DNA of 64,000 bases from Bacteroidales bacterium (lineage in GTDB: Bacteria > Bacteroidota > Bacteroidia > Bacteroidales > VadinHA17). Below are positions 16,257-26,159 of the stretch, in pieces (position 1 is the first letter of the stretch; the number at the start of each line of letters is the position of its first letter). The notes under the pieces are model-generated. The model was not told the origin of the DNA, did not search any database, and saw nothing but the letters and a program-made list of their open reading frames with translations. The stretch is from assembly GCA_963668715.1 (NCBI GenBank), contig OY764960.1, forward strand, positions 2,959,602 to 3,023,601, written 5' to 3'. The position numbers and the translations under genes were made by a program.

Positions 16257-18662
16257 TTAGAAATTTGCTCTCAGAGATAAAATGAAATTTCTTCCGGGTC
16301 CTGATATACCCGAACTGTACGGACGGTAACGCTGGTCCGTCAGGTTTTCTATACCTGCGGAAATTGAAAGAGCATCACTAAGCTCATACATGGCTTTGAT
16401 ATTTAAGGTATGCCATGCAGGAGCATAGTTATTACCGTTAGGATCTTTGGCATAGATCTCATCTTTTCCCTTTTCTTCTTCAGGCATGTCTTCATAGCTT
16501 TTCTCGCCCTGATAGACAGCATAGAACTGTATATTCAGCCTGCCCGACTGATAATTAAGACGTGATATGCCAAACAGCGGTGCGGCATGACGTGAAGGGC
16601 TCGTTGTGCCGTCGTCAAGCTCTTCTTCTCCTTTCTGGTAATTCAGATCGGATGAGATGCTGAAGCCTGCAGGCAGTTTTATTTCAAGCCCGGCCTGTAC
16701 TCCGTACACCTTAGCTACTGCAGCATTCTGAATAGCCTGTATCTGGCTCATAACTCCTTTATACATAATACTGTCCTGTCCATTAAGCTGAAAGTCTCTT
16801 CTGACAAGTGCATTCTGTAATATGGTGTAATAACCTGTAAGGTCGAGTTTTAGAACATCGTCGAAAACCTTGCTTATCCCAAGGTCAAAATTGTAAGCAT
16901 ATTCGGCTTCCAGATCAGGATTAGGTACCACTACTGAACCTGCTTCTGAATCAAATACCTTGCCCACATCATCAACATTTGGTGAACGGAAGGCTGTTCC
17001 GAAGTTTGCACTCAGCACCAGTGTTTCCGAAGGACGTAACACTCCGCCTATACTTCCTGTAAGTGCTCCGTTATTAATATTTGCTGTTGTGAAAGGGAAT
17101 TCAAAGGAGGGGTTGGTAAACTCAGCATCAAGAATGAACTGGTTGTACCTTAATCCGGCCTGCAGGGTGAACTTATCAGACAGCTTTAATTCATCATTAA
17201 TATATGCTGCTATTGACGACCAGGTTGACTGAGGGTATCTTGACGAACTTATTTCACTTGTTGCTGTAGAGATATCTTCCTCGATCCCAGTGGAAGTAAC
17301 ATCATTAATTACATATTCCAGTCCGTAATAGAGAGAGTTCTTGCTCCCTGTATTTTTCATCATATCGAGGTTGATTGAATATGCCTCAACATTTTCAGTC
17401 TGGATACTGCGGGTGTCTTTATTCAGGGAACGGTCTATGCGGCTTTCTTCAAAAGATTGCTGTGCCAGTCGCAGTACGGCATTGTCGTACAGGACATTGT
17501 TTGAATTATGATTAATGGTAAGGTTGTTCATGAGCCATTTCTGAGGCCCGTAATTCCATTCGGCATACCGGGCTGTGCCGTTTCGCATCCTGTTATGTCT
17601 GTCATATCTTCCGTAAGGGGATGTTTCCGAATAATGAAATCCATATTGTATATCCCATTTTTCATTAGGTCTGAAGCGTACCTTCTGCATCAGGTTGACC
17701 TGTGAATATGCCGAGGGTATCTGTAACAAGGGGTCGTCCTGGGTAACCACCCTGTCTATGCTGTCCTGCCTCTGAACATAGTAGTCTTTTATATAATCGT
17801 CCGGACCATGACTCCCCTGACGCAGGTTATCATAGTCCCAACTGCTGAAGCTTGTTGTCAGTGCCCATTTTTTCCAGCCTATATTGACATCGAAGTGTCC
17901 TGTTTTTTCGTTATTGGCAGAAGAATAGCGTGTTACGGCTTTCCCCGTTACTAAAGGCTTGTCATCTAATGAAAATACAGGGTTCAATGTCTGAAAGCTC
18001 ATCACACCGCCTATGGCGTCACTTCCGTAGATCACCGAGCCGGGACCGAAGAGTACCTCGGTATTTTCCACTGCAAACGGATCAATATTTATAACGTTCT
18101 GAATATTACCGCCACGGAAGATAGCAGTATTCATTCTGACACCATCAACTGTGTACAATAGTCTGTTTGTTGCGAAACCTCTTATCATAGGGCTTCCACC
18201 TCCCTGCTGACTTTTTTGGACATAGACCATGCCGGAAATGCCAAGCAGATCGGCGGCTGTCTGACTGTTTTGTAAACTTATGTCTGCCGGCGATACGGAT
18301 ACTACCCTGGCTGGCACCTCGCTTGTCGATTGCCTCCATCTGGTGGCTGAAACAACCACCTCATCGAGGTTAATATTCGACACATCAAGGAAAAGGATAA
18401 ATGATCCGGCTTCAAGATCGCTGTAGCTTAATGTTAAGGTTTTGTATCCGAGGGTGCGTATATCAATCCTGTCAGATCCTATGAATGCCGACACATCGGC
18501 CTGACCTTTTGCATTCGTGATTGCAAATGCGGCAGGGTTCTCGCTTGTCAGGGTTGCCAGTTCCAGTGGTTTCTGGCTATCCCTGTCTTTGATGGTTATG
18601 GTTTGGGCGTTTGTAATAATAAAACTCAAACCCAATATCCATAAGAAAAATATTTTTTTCAT
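16257..18662 (-). CDS. TonB-dependent receptor with an N-terminal carboxypeptidase-regulatory-like domain
   Basis: Signal peptide, N-terminal beta-sandwich (ITIKDRDSQKPLELATL), plug motifs (DEVVVSATR, IRGFATNRLLYTVDGVRMN, GPGSVIYGSDAIGGV) and a terminal F. The substrate is unknown. The plug resembles heme/hemoglobin-type receptors. Confidence 0.8.
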   Translation of the reverse strand: MKKIFFLWILGLSFIITNAQTITIKDRDSQKPLELATLTSENPAAFAITNAKGQADVSAFIGSDRIDIRTLGYKTLTLSYSDLEAGSFILFLDVSNINLDEVVVSATRWRQSTSEVPARVVSVSPADISLQNSQTAADLLGISGMVYVQKSQQGGGSPMIRGFATNRLLYTVDGVRMNTAIFRGGNIQNVINIDPFAVENTEVLFGPGSVIYGSDAIGGVMSFQTLNPVFSLDDKPLVTGKAVTRYSSANNEKTGHFDVNIGWKKWALTTSFSSWDYDNLRQGSHGPDDYIKDYYVQRQDSIDRVVTQDDPLLQIPSAYSQVNLMQKVRFRPNEKWDIQYGFHYSETSPYGRYDRHNRMRNGTARYAEWNYGPQKWLMNNLTINHNSNNVLYDNAVLRLAQQSFEESRIDRSLNKDTRSIQTENVEAYSINLDMMKNTGSKNSLYYGLEYVINDVTSTGIEEDISTATSEISSSRYPQSTWSSIAAYINDELKLSDKFTLQAGLRYNQFILDAEFTNPSFEFPFTTANINNGALTGSIGGVLRPSETLVLSANFGTAFRSPNVDDVGKVFDSEAGSVVVPNPDLEAEYAYNFDLGISKVFDDVLKLDLTGYYTILQNALVRRDFQLNGQDSIMYKGVMSQIQAIQNAAVAKVYGVQAGLEIKLPAGFSISSDLNYQKGEEELDDGTTSPSRHAAPLFGISRLNYQSGRLNIQFYAVYQGEKSYEDMPEEEKGKDEIYAKDPNGNNYAPAWHTLNIKAMYELSDALSISAGIENLTDQRYRPYSSGISGPGRNFILSLRANF

Positions 18663-18734
18663 CTTGAAAAATCTGGTTTTTGTTAATAATCGCCCGTTAT
18701 AACGGGCTGAAAAGGATTTGGAACTTTAGGGTTT

Positions 18735-19265
18735 TCAGACTGCCTGAGGGGGAGGATAAGGTGGAGGGATAGTTGGGGAGAGATAAAAAAAGTCACTTAA
18801 AACAGGTCTGCTCACATTCAGGCTCTTTATATTAACCGGCCATTCACCGGGAGTATGAAAGAAGAGTGTCTTGAACCAGTTATTAAGGTGCTCCTTATTA
18901 TCGTTTTTTTGTTGCTCATTATCAACCGAGTATTTTCCAAGATCACTTATCTGTTTATTCAGCAGTGTTTCGGCAATGTCCCACCAGCACCAGTAATATA
19001 TACTGTCATTTACAGTCTTCAACTCAACGATATCATACATCTGATGGTTATACTCAAATTCCCTTGAATGTCCCCAGCGTAATTCTGTTTGTGTTTCTTC
19101 AATTGTAAACCCAAGTAATACCAGATCCACTTCTTCAATTCCGCTTTCAATATTCCTCCCGACACTGATCTTAACCATCGATTTTTTATATTGTAACCAG
19201 TAATAGGCTACCGTAGGTGAGAGCAGAATAAAAATAAATAATATGGAGATGACTTTTTTTTTCAA
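18735..19265 (-). CDS. Hypothetical membrane-anchored protein (N-terminal TM, Pro-rich C-terminus)
   Basis: MKKKVISILFIFILLSPTVAYYW hydrophobic N-terminus, WCWWD motif, C-terminal PTIPPPYPPPQAV. It lies 72 nt upstream of the TonB-dependent receptor on the same strand. I recognise no family. Confidence 0.45.
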   Translation of the reverse strand: MKKKVISILFIFILLSPTVAYYWLQYKKSMVKISVGRNIESGIEEVDLVLLGFTIEETQTELRWGHSREFEYNHQMYDIVELKTVNDSIYYWCWWDIAETLLNKQISDLGKYSVDNEQQKNDNKEHLNNWFKTLFFHTPGEWPVNIKSLNVSRPVLSDFFYLSPTIPPPYPPPQAV

Positions 19266-19446
19266 AACCCAGGTTGCTAAACAAGCAAATTTAGAAAATA
19301 ATAGGAGGTAACGGAATATTATTTAACACATGAAGTTTTTTTTAACTATTTATAACACTTTTTTTGAACTTGCAGAAGTATTTCTGAAGAATGTAAATAA
19401 TGTTTGCCGTATGTTTATTCAACGGATCGATTTCATTTTCAGTATT

Positions 19447-19761
19447 TTATTTCAGTTTAACGGCTGTGCCGTAAACAAGTATCTCTGAGCATCCCTGCAT
19501 TATCATTGAAGTGTGCATCCTGATGTTAATAACAGCATCTGCTCCAAGATTTTTAGCATCCTCTATCATCCTTTGCAGGGCCTGTTCCCTTGCCTGTGCC
19601 TGTAGTTCCGTATATTCATGTATTTCACCGCCTACTATGTTTTTCAGTCCTGCAAAAAAATCTTTGCCAAGGTTACGGGCCCTTACAGTGCTTCCGCGTG
19701 ATATACCAATAATTTCAATTATTTCCTTACCCGGAATCGAATCAGTTGTTGTTGTTATCAT
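19447..19761 (-). CDS. YbjQ/UPF0145 family protein
   Basis: 104 aa containing GKEIIEIIGISRGSTVRARNLGKDFFAGLKNIVGGEI...QAREQALQRMIEDAKNLGADAVI, typical of the YbjQ family. Confidence 0.8.
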   Translation of the reverse strand: MITTTTDSIPGKEIIEIIGISRGSTVRARNLGKDFFAGLKNIVGGEIHEYTELQAQAREQALQRMIEDAKNLGADAVINIRMHTSMIMQGCSEILVYGTAVKLK

Positions 19762-19950
19762 GATGTGTTTTTGTTTTAAAAGTACGAATTATGGTGAAAT
19801 ATATTATTTATGTATTGATTATTACTTATATAAATAAGTATCCCGCATTTATTTATACTGTTATTAAGATGCCGGCTTTTACCTGCTGATAAACATTTTA
19901 TTACATTTAGGAATAAGTTACCTTTATGAAAACAACAAATACCTCTCAAA

Positions 19951-21225
19951 ATGAAGAATACCCGTCGCGAGTTTATTAAAATCGGAGGATTAACCATAGC
20001 AGGTACCGGTTTTGTAAGCCCTTTCCTGAAATCATGTGTCGAAAATAGCACCGGTAGTACTGACCATGGCCTTGTAAGCGAGGTTGGAAATATTGAACCT
20101 CTGAACGAGCAGGATTATAGAAGGAGATATGAGAAGTTACTCGAGTTGATGATTCAGCAGGATATCGAAGCTTTGTTTATCGAGGGTAGTACGAACCTTT
20201 CTTACTTTTTCAATTTGTCGTGGTGGCTGAGTGAAAGGACCTTCGGACCCGTTATTAATGTGAAGAAAGAACCTGTATGGATCTGTCCTGAATTTGAGCT
20301 TGAAAGGGCAAAAGAACAGATACCGGAGGGTCATGAGATAAGGACATGGGCCGAACATGAATCCCCATACACTGTTATGGCCGGTATTGTCGCGGATCTT
20401 AATATAGACAAGAGGAAAGTAGCGGTTGGGCCTTCCGTAAGAAGCTTTATCTCAGAAGGATTTCAAAGATCTCTGCGAACAGATATACTTGATGGCAGCT
20501 TGGCTGTAAACATGGTAAGGGCTGTTAAGTCGGAAAAAGAGATAGGCTTTATGGAACTGGCAAATAATATTACCAAGAAGGCTTACAAATACGGATTCAG
20601 CCGGTTGGAGGAAGGGATGACAAAAGAACAGCTTGCAGAACATATAAGGTTTGCACATTCGGAAATGGGAACCAGCGGTAGTGGCGGCCCCAGTTTCGGT
20701 TTCACTTCTGCTTTCCCGCATGGTACCAATCAGGTGAGGAATCTGCACGAAGGGGATATTGTGCTGGTTGACGGAGGTTGTATTATCGAAGGCTTCAGGA
20801 GTGATGTTACCCGTACCATAGTATTTGGAAAACCCAGTGACAGGCAGAGGGAGGTTTTTAATGTTGTTCTGGAAGCCAAGCATGAGGCTCATAATGCAAT
20901 AAAGCCAGGAATACAGGCAGGAGAAATAGACAAAGCGGCAAGAAAGGTGATAGAGGGTGCAGGTTTCGGTCCCGGTTATAAATATTTTGCTCACAGGCTG
21001 GGTCATGGTATAGGAATGGACTATCATGAATATCCATATCTTGTTAAGGATAATCCCTTCATATTACAACCCGGGATGATATTCAGTAATGAACCGGGTA
21101 TATATATTTACGGGGAATTCGGTATAAGGATTGAAGATTGTTTTGTTGTAACTGAAGATGGAGCAAGAATGCTGGGAGGGATGGTTACTACGGATATTGA
21201 ACATCCTTTCGGGATGACGGACTGA
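19951..21225 (+). CDS. M24 family Xaa-Pro peptidase with a twin-arginine signal
   Basis: Tat-like RREFIKIGGLTIAG, plus M24 metal-ligand motifs (VLVDGG, HRLGHGIGMDYHE, SNEPGIY, IRIED). Confidence 0.8.
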   Translation: MKNTRREFIKIGGLTIAGTGFVSPFLKSCVENSTGSTDHGLVSEVGNIEPLNEQDYRRRYEKLLELMIQQDIEALFIEGSTNLSYFFNLSWWLSERTFGPVINVKKEPVWICPEFELERAKEQIPEGHEIRTWAEHESPYTVMAGIVADLNIDKRKVAVGPSVRSFISEGFQRSLRTDILDGSLAVNMVRAVKSEKEIGFMELANNITKKAYKYGFSRLEEGMTKEQLAEHIRFAHSEMGTSGSGGPSFGFTSAFPHGTNQVRNLHEGDIVLVDGGCIIEGFRSDVTRTIVFGKPSDRQREVFNVVLEAKHEAHNAIKPGIQAGEIDKAARKVIEGAGFGPGYKYFAHRLGHGIGMDYHEYPYLVKDNPFILQPGMIFSNEPGIYIYGEFGIRIEDCFVVTEDGARMLGGMVTTDIEHPFGMTD

Positions 21226-21736
21226 TTATCTGGTAAAGTAGTTCATTGCTGAAGCCATCTTTTTCTCTGAGCCAGTCTTTTTTAACACCTATTTTAATGA
21301 AGCCCAGTTTTTCGAACAGGGAAACGGAAGGTTTATTCTCCTCGGTAATATTGCAATAAACCTGGTGAAGCTTAAGATGGTTAAAGCAATAGTCCAGAAC
21401 ACATTGCAAAGCCATTCTTGCAAAGCCTTTTCTCCTCTCATCCTTTTCAGCAATAAGTATGCCTACTCCTGCACGCAGATTAAACGGATCGAAATCAAAG
21501 ATATCGACGGTTCCGATCGTCTTTCCGCTGTCTCCGATAATTATCATGAATCTTATCTGGCCTGTCTCAAAAACGGATTTATTCGAATTTTCTATATATT
21601 TTCTGAGTGTATACTTTGAAAACGGGCTAAGTGTGCTACTTACCAGCCATGTCTCAGGGTCGTTTTCCCAATCATAAAGAAGATCAAGGTCTTCAGGTTC
21701 GGGAGCCCTTAATTTTATTTTATCGCAGATCATCAT
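21188..21736 (-). CDS. GNAT family N-acetyltransferase (RimJ/RimL-like)
   Basis: KLRAPEPEDLDLLYDWEND, RRKGFARMALQCVLDYCF. I chose the ATG at 21736 (or 21733), which overlaps the stop of the upstream gene. The 3' end overlaps the convergent M24 gene by 38 nt. Confidence 0.75.
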   Translation of the reverse strand: MMICDKIKLRAPEPEDLDLLYDWENDPETWLVSSTLSPFSKYTLRKYIENSNKSVFETGQIRFMIIIGDSGKTIGTVDIFDFDPFNLRAGVGILIAEKDERRKGFARMALQCVLDYCFNHLKLHQVYCNITEENKPSVSLFEKLGFIKIGVKKDWLREKDGFSNELLYQIISPSSRKDVQYP

Positions 21737-24230
21737 GTCTATCCTGAAGTGTTTGTTTTTCAAGTATATCAATTGCCTTAATAAAAGCTGATCCGTAACC
21801 GGCATCATGTATCACGGAAAGAGCCTGTCTTGCCCTTGAATAACCCTGGTATTCACCAATGATATAACGGTAGAAACCATCTGCACTTTTTACTTCCCTG
21901 ACATTTTCAAGTCCTCTGAAATCTCCTGATGCTTTATTCTTAAGAGCATGGATCTGAATAGTATAAAGCTCAGGCAGTTCTTTCCGCGGGGCTGATGATT
22001 CGGGAAGGTCATATTCGGTTATTATATATGAATTTTTGAATCCTTTATCTGTGAGATCGGTCAGGCAGGAGAGAGCATCAAGTCTTGTCCTGAATCCGCC
22101 GAGAGCATATATATAATTGTTATTTAGCCGGTATTCGTTGATGAATGAGAACTGGCTTATCCCGAAGGTACTGAAGAATCCGGCTGAAAGCGGAGTGGCG
22201 GATTCCTTTATAACCACATAGAAACCGTAGTTATAAGGCTTCTTAAGATGGACAGGTACATTGAGATATGATTCAACAGGCAACAGATAACCGTTATTTT
22301 TAATATTGATGCTTACTCTGCGGTTGTATATGCGTCCGGTGGGATTGTCTTTTCCATTGGGTGTGAAATTGTCAGTAATAAAGTTCACTTCACCAGGCGC
22401 TTTTGTACTGAGTCTGTTTATATCAATACCCGCCTTAACCAGATAATCCCTTACTTTTACCGCTCTTTCCATGGAGAGCTTTTTATTATATGAAGCGCTT
22501 CCGATAGCATCGGCATATCCTTCGATTATGATATTCAGGTCGGGGTGGGAGAGAAGAACAGGTATAATTTTTTCAATTTCAATTTTGGCTTCTCTTTTAA
22601 GTCCGGTACTGTCGAAGCCGAAGAGAATATTCCTGATAGCAAGAAATTCACCGCTTGCAACCTTTTCAGGTATCAGATTACCGGTAATATATATATCCTT
22701 TTGTTCATATGACTCCGGAATACACAAGTTCACCGTATCAGTAATATATCCCGGGTATCTGAAGATAAAGTCAAACATTCCTTTTTGCAATTCTGAACTG
22801 AAGCTTCCTGATGAGTCGGCTCTGACAGATGCAAGCAGGGAGTCTTTTCCTGCGGCATATACTGATATTTCCAGTTGTGAAGGAATTATATCCAGTCCGT
22901 CTTCAAGAGACACATTCCCCATGGCAGTAATATGTCCGGATACGGCTTTTCCCAGTATACCCACAATATATATATTACTGAATGAAGAAGTGTCATCAGG
23001 GGGTATGCTTAATATTCCGGACCCTTCTGCACGTGGTACAAAATTAAGATCGTCCGATGTGGTATTAATTGGATATGGTATATGTACGGGATATGACCAG
23101 GTCCTGTCTTTACGGGAGTAGAAGATATCGTAACCGCCAAAGCCTTCGTGACCGGTAGAACTAAAATAGAGTGTTCCGGTTTTACTGTCATAATACGGGG
23201 TATTTTCTTCGAGAGAGGTGTTTATGACAGGGCCCAGATTTACGGGCTGAGATGCATTGAATTTATCATCAAGCTCTGCACTGTATATATCCAGACTGCC
23301 GTAGCCGCCGGGCATGTTGCTTGCAAAATACAGCATGGTACCATCGTTACTGATGCAGGCATGAGACTCCCAGTATTTTGTGTTCACATTCTTTCCAAAT
23401 TTATCAAGTCGGCTCCAGTTACCGTTTATCCGGTGCGACAGGTAAATATCTCCTCTGATACCGTTATTACGGGATATAACCAGTGTTTTACCATCTTTGG
23501 TTATCGAATTGGTATACATATCCTTATAATTACCGAGGTCGTCACTGATATTTTCAGGCACTGACCATGAGCCCGTATTTTTATATGAGCAATATATCCT
23601 GTTCTCATACTTCTCTTTTACAGTAAAGACAAATACAGAATCATTACCTGAGATAACCGGATTTATGGCATTACGGAAATCTGTTAGCCATGGCGCCAGC
23701 AGTTCTCTGGAGATCATCATGCTGGTGTCGGCTGACAGCAGAGTAAGACATGCTTTTATCTGTATATCTATATACTCAATTTCCCCTGCCTTCGTGACTT
23801 TTAGAAGGTTACGGTATTTTTTATAGCTTTCAACAGCTTTTTCGAGTTCCATGTTTACCTGATATGCAAATGCCAGGTAATAGTTTACATCAATAGGTGA
23901 TTTATCGCCAAGAGTTGAATAAGCAGGATCGTCAACCCATGATGATGAAGCATATTCGAGCAGTTCAAGTGCTTTTTTCTTTTTGCCCGTCATATTGAGG
24001 TAGCATACTCCCAGCTTATAATTCAGATTATGATTGCCGGGTTGTGTCTCCATAAGCTTCTCATATATACTGGCAGCTTCAGTGTAGTTTTCATCATATA
24101 TGAAATATCCGTCTGCCTCATTTGTCAGTCTTGTAATAAGTCTGATGTCGGACAATTCATCCTGGGCAGTAATATTAAGTATGCAAATAGAAAGAAAAAC
24201 AGTAATTATAGAGAACCTGACGGCATTCAT
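21720..24230 (-). CDS. TPR + TolB-like PD40 beta-propeller + OmpA-like + two SPOR-like domains (paralog D)
   Basis: Signal peptide and TPR-like helices (YKLGVCYLNMTGKKKKALELLE). PD40-like blades (YWESHACISNDGTMLYFASNMPGGYGSLDIY, YFSSTGHEGFGGYDIFYS). OmpA_C motif (NIIIEGYADAIGSASYNKKLSMERAVKVRDYL). C-terminal SPOR-like segments (YTIQIHALKN...GFYRYIIGEYQGYSRARQAL). Confidence 0.7.
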   Translation of the reverse strand: MNAVRFSIITVFLSICILNITAQDELSDIRLITRLTNEADGYFIYDENYTEAASIYEKLMETQPGNHNLNYKLGVCYLNMTGKKKKALELLEYASSSWVDDPAYSTLGDKSPIDVNYYLAFAYQVNMELEKAVESYKKYRNLLKVTKAGEIEYIDIQIKACLTLLSADTSMMISRELLAPWLTDFRNAINPVISGNDSVFVFTVKEKYENRIYCSYKNTGSWSVPENISDDLGNYKDMYTNSITKDGKTLVISRNNGIRGDIYLSHRINGNWSRLDKFGKNVNTKYWESHACISNDGTMLYFASNMPGGYGSLDIYSAELDDKFNASQPVNLGPVINTSLEENTPYYDSKTGTLYFSSTGHEGFGGYDIFYSRKDRTWSYPVHIPYPINTTSDDLNFVPRAEGSGILSIPPDDTSSFSNIYIVGILGKAVSGHITAMGNVSLEDGLDIIPSQLEISVYAAGKDSLLASVRADSSGSFSSELQKGMFDFIFRYPGYITDTVNLCIPESYEQKDIYITGNLIPEKVASGEFLAIRNILFGFDSTGLKREAKIEIEKIIPVLLSHPDLNIIIEGYADAIGSASYNKKLSMERAVKVRDYLVKAGIDINRLSTKAPGEVNFITDNFTPNGKDNPTGRIYNRRVSINIKNNGYLLPVESYLNVPVHLKKPYNYGFYVVIKESATPLSAGFFSTFGISQFSFINEYRLNNNYIYALGGFRTRLDALSCLTDLTDKGFKNSYIITEYDLPESSAPRKELPELYTIQIHALKNKASGDFRGLENVREVKSADGFYRYIIGEYQGYSRARQALSVIHDAGYGSAFIKAIDILEKQTLQDRHDDLR

Positions 24231-26152
24231 TCCCTGTTCCCCCTGAAGACGGTTTTTACAAATATTTCTTCAGGGTAACCCTGCCTGATAAGCTCATCCC
24301 TTCTTGTGTAAGCTTCACCCTTAGTCTCGAACTGGCCGGTTGTATATCTGTAGAAACGGTCGTCATCGTTATACACTACAGTTACCCTGGTATTCTTAAA
24401 GAAGCTCACATCGACAGGATTATAAAGAGCCATAAGCTGAATGGTGTAATACAGAACATCAGCATTGGTTGAGTCGGAATCACTTACATCTTTTATAATA
24501 ACATCGGTAACCAGTATTGATGAGTCTATCTCATCTATAACAGTGACTTTGGAAAAATCAAGTTTTTCAAATTCTTCAGGTATTTCGGCCACATAGTTAG
24601 TGTCGGGTTCAAGTGTAATGTTGATTATTTCCTCTTTTGAAGGGTGATCCTCAAGTATAGTAAGTTCCCTGGTAACAGGTATGTATGCAGGTCCTTCATA
24701 GGTAAGGCTGTAGATATCAGGTTTAACAAGGAAGCTGTAATGCCCGGATGTTTTGTTGGGATAACCGACGTCCAGGGTATCTTCAGATGAATTACTGTAC
24801 AGTATTATCCTGTAGTCATCAGTAAATTCTATTATTGTATCACTCAGGCTGAGCACTCCCTTTATTTCAAAAGTAGGTATTGACTGCTTCTCACCCAGAT
24901 TGATATAATAAATATCTTTTTCCTTATATCCTGTTACCATTGAATAAAAGGCATTTTGCCCGTTAATATATGGAAAGAAGAACAGGTCATCGTCAGGTGT
25001 ATTGACAGGGTAGCCGATATTGGAAGGGCTTTTCCATATACCACCTATGAGTCTTGATCTGAAGATATCATATCCCCCTATATTAGTGTGGCCTTCGGAG
25101 CTGAAGAACAGGATGGAGTCATTATTGGTTATAAAGGGTGTGTCTTCATTAAAAGGAGTATTTATTGCTGATCCCAGGTTTCTGGGATTTCCCCATTCTC
25201 CCTTACTGTCTTTTTCGGATACATATATATCCAGGCCTCCTTCTCCACCGTCCCTGTTTGATGTAAAATACAGTTTGTCTCCGCCGGATGATATTGAAGC
25301 ATGGGATTCATAGAACTTTGTATTTATATTCCTGTTCAGTTTTTGTACTCTTGACCATGACCCGTTTTCAAATGTCGACATATATATGTTTCCGTCGAAA
25401 TTATCATTTTTGTACAGGTATAGTTCAGTGCCGTCATAATTCAGCGAGTTGGAACTGCAGTCGGTATCCCCGCCGAGTTGTGCTGTAATATCTACAGGTT
25501 CGCCCCATTCACCTCTTTCTTTCTTAACATAATATATAGTATTTTCAAGACCTCTTTTTTCAGTATAGACCAGTGTGTTCCCGTCGCCGCTGACAGTTGG
25601 GTTAATATTAACCGAGCCCAGGTTTATGTCCGGACCCAGGCTTTCCTTACTGAAGTCAACGGGTTTTTCAACGGATGTCATAGCATTTCTGCATGCGCGT
25701 ATCTGCTGGTCGATAAAGTCTGCATTTTCCAGTTCTCCTTTGTCGGGCATCAGTTCATTGAGTTTAGCATATGTGCCCAGTGCTTTTTCAAATTCATAAT
25801 TGATCCTGTATGCAGAGGCAAGCGCAAAATATGCTTCAAGCGGAGCTCTGGTTTCCCTGAAAGATTCGGAGTTGGCATCATAGCTGGAATTCTTCACCGC
25901 ATCTTCAAGGTATGGTATGGCTTTTGTTTTTTCATCGGGAATATGCAGATAACAATTACCTATTTTAAATTTGATATTGGCATTTCCCGGCATATATTCG
26001 TCAAGAATGATGTAGAGCGGGTTTGCCAGTTCATATTCTCCGTACAGGTAATGTGATTCAGCCTCCACAAATATTTCGCGGAGATCGTCATTCTGCCCAT
26101 TGATATTAACAGCAATCAGGAGAATTATGACAGTAATAAGACTTCTATGCAT
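24227..26152 (-). CDS. TPR + TolB-like PD40 beta-propeller + SPOR-like domain (paralog C)
   Basis: The N-terminal TPR/PD40 architecture matches its neighbours (FYESHASISSGGDKLYFTSNRDGGEGGLDIY, FFSSEGHTNIGGYDIFRS). The C-terminus YYTIQLMALYN...RFYRYTTGQFETKGEAYTRRDELIRQGY is SPOR-like. It overlaps paralog D by 4 nt. Confidence 0.7.
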   Translation of the reverse strand: MHRSLITVIILLIAVNINGQNDDLREIFVEAESHYLYGEYELANPLYIILDEYMPGNANIKFKIGNCYLHIPDEKTKAIPYLEDAVKNSSYDANSESFRETRAPLEAYFALASAYRINYEFEKALGTYAKLNELMPDKGELENADFIDQQIRACRNAMTSVEKPVDFSKESLGPDINLGSVNINPTVSGDGNTLVYTEKRGLENTIYYVKKERGEWGEPVDITAQLGGDTDCSSNSLNYDGTELYLYKNDNFDGNIYMSTFENGSWSRVQKLNRNINTKFYESHASISSGGDKLYFTSNRDGGEGGLDIYVSEKDSKGEWGNPRNLGSAINTPFNEDTPFITNNDSILFFSSEGHTNIGGYDIFRSRLIGGIWKSPSNIGYPVNTPDDDLFFFPYINGQNAFYSMVTGYKEKDIYYINLGEKQSIPTFEIKGVLSLSDTIIEFTDDYRIILYSNSSEDTLDVGYPNKTSGHYSFLVKPDIYSLTYEGPAYIPVTRELTILEDHPSKEEIINITLEPDTNYVAEIPEEFEKLDFSKVTVIDEIDSSILVTDVIIKDVSDSDSTNADVLYYTIQLMALYNPVDVSFFKNTRVTVVYNDDDRFYRYTTGQFETKGEAYTRRDELIRQGYPEEIFVKTVFRGNRE

Positions 26153-26159
26153 AGCAGGC

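Noticed and set aside
21188-21225. 38-nt convergent overlap of the M24 peptidase and GNAT genes (similar overlaps of 23 nt at 36621-36643 and 4 nt at 59022-59025)
   Set aside because: Short 3'-3' overlaps are common in compact genomes. No additional structure was seen that would suggest antisense regulation.
20452-23121. Long antisense ORFs (20452..21027 -, 22471..23121 +; likewise 25478..26056 +, 43176..43730 -, 58366..58926 -)
   Set aside because: Each is fully embedded opposite a gene with clear family motifs and has no recognisable motifs of its own.
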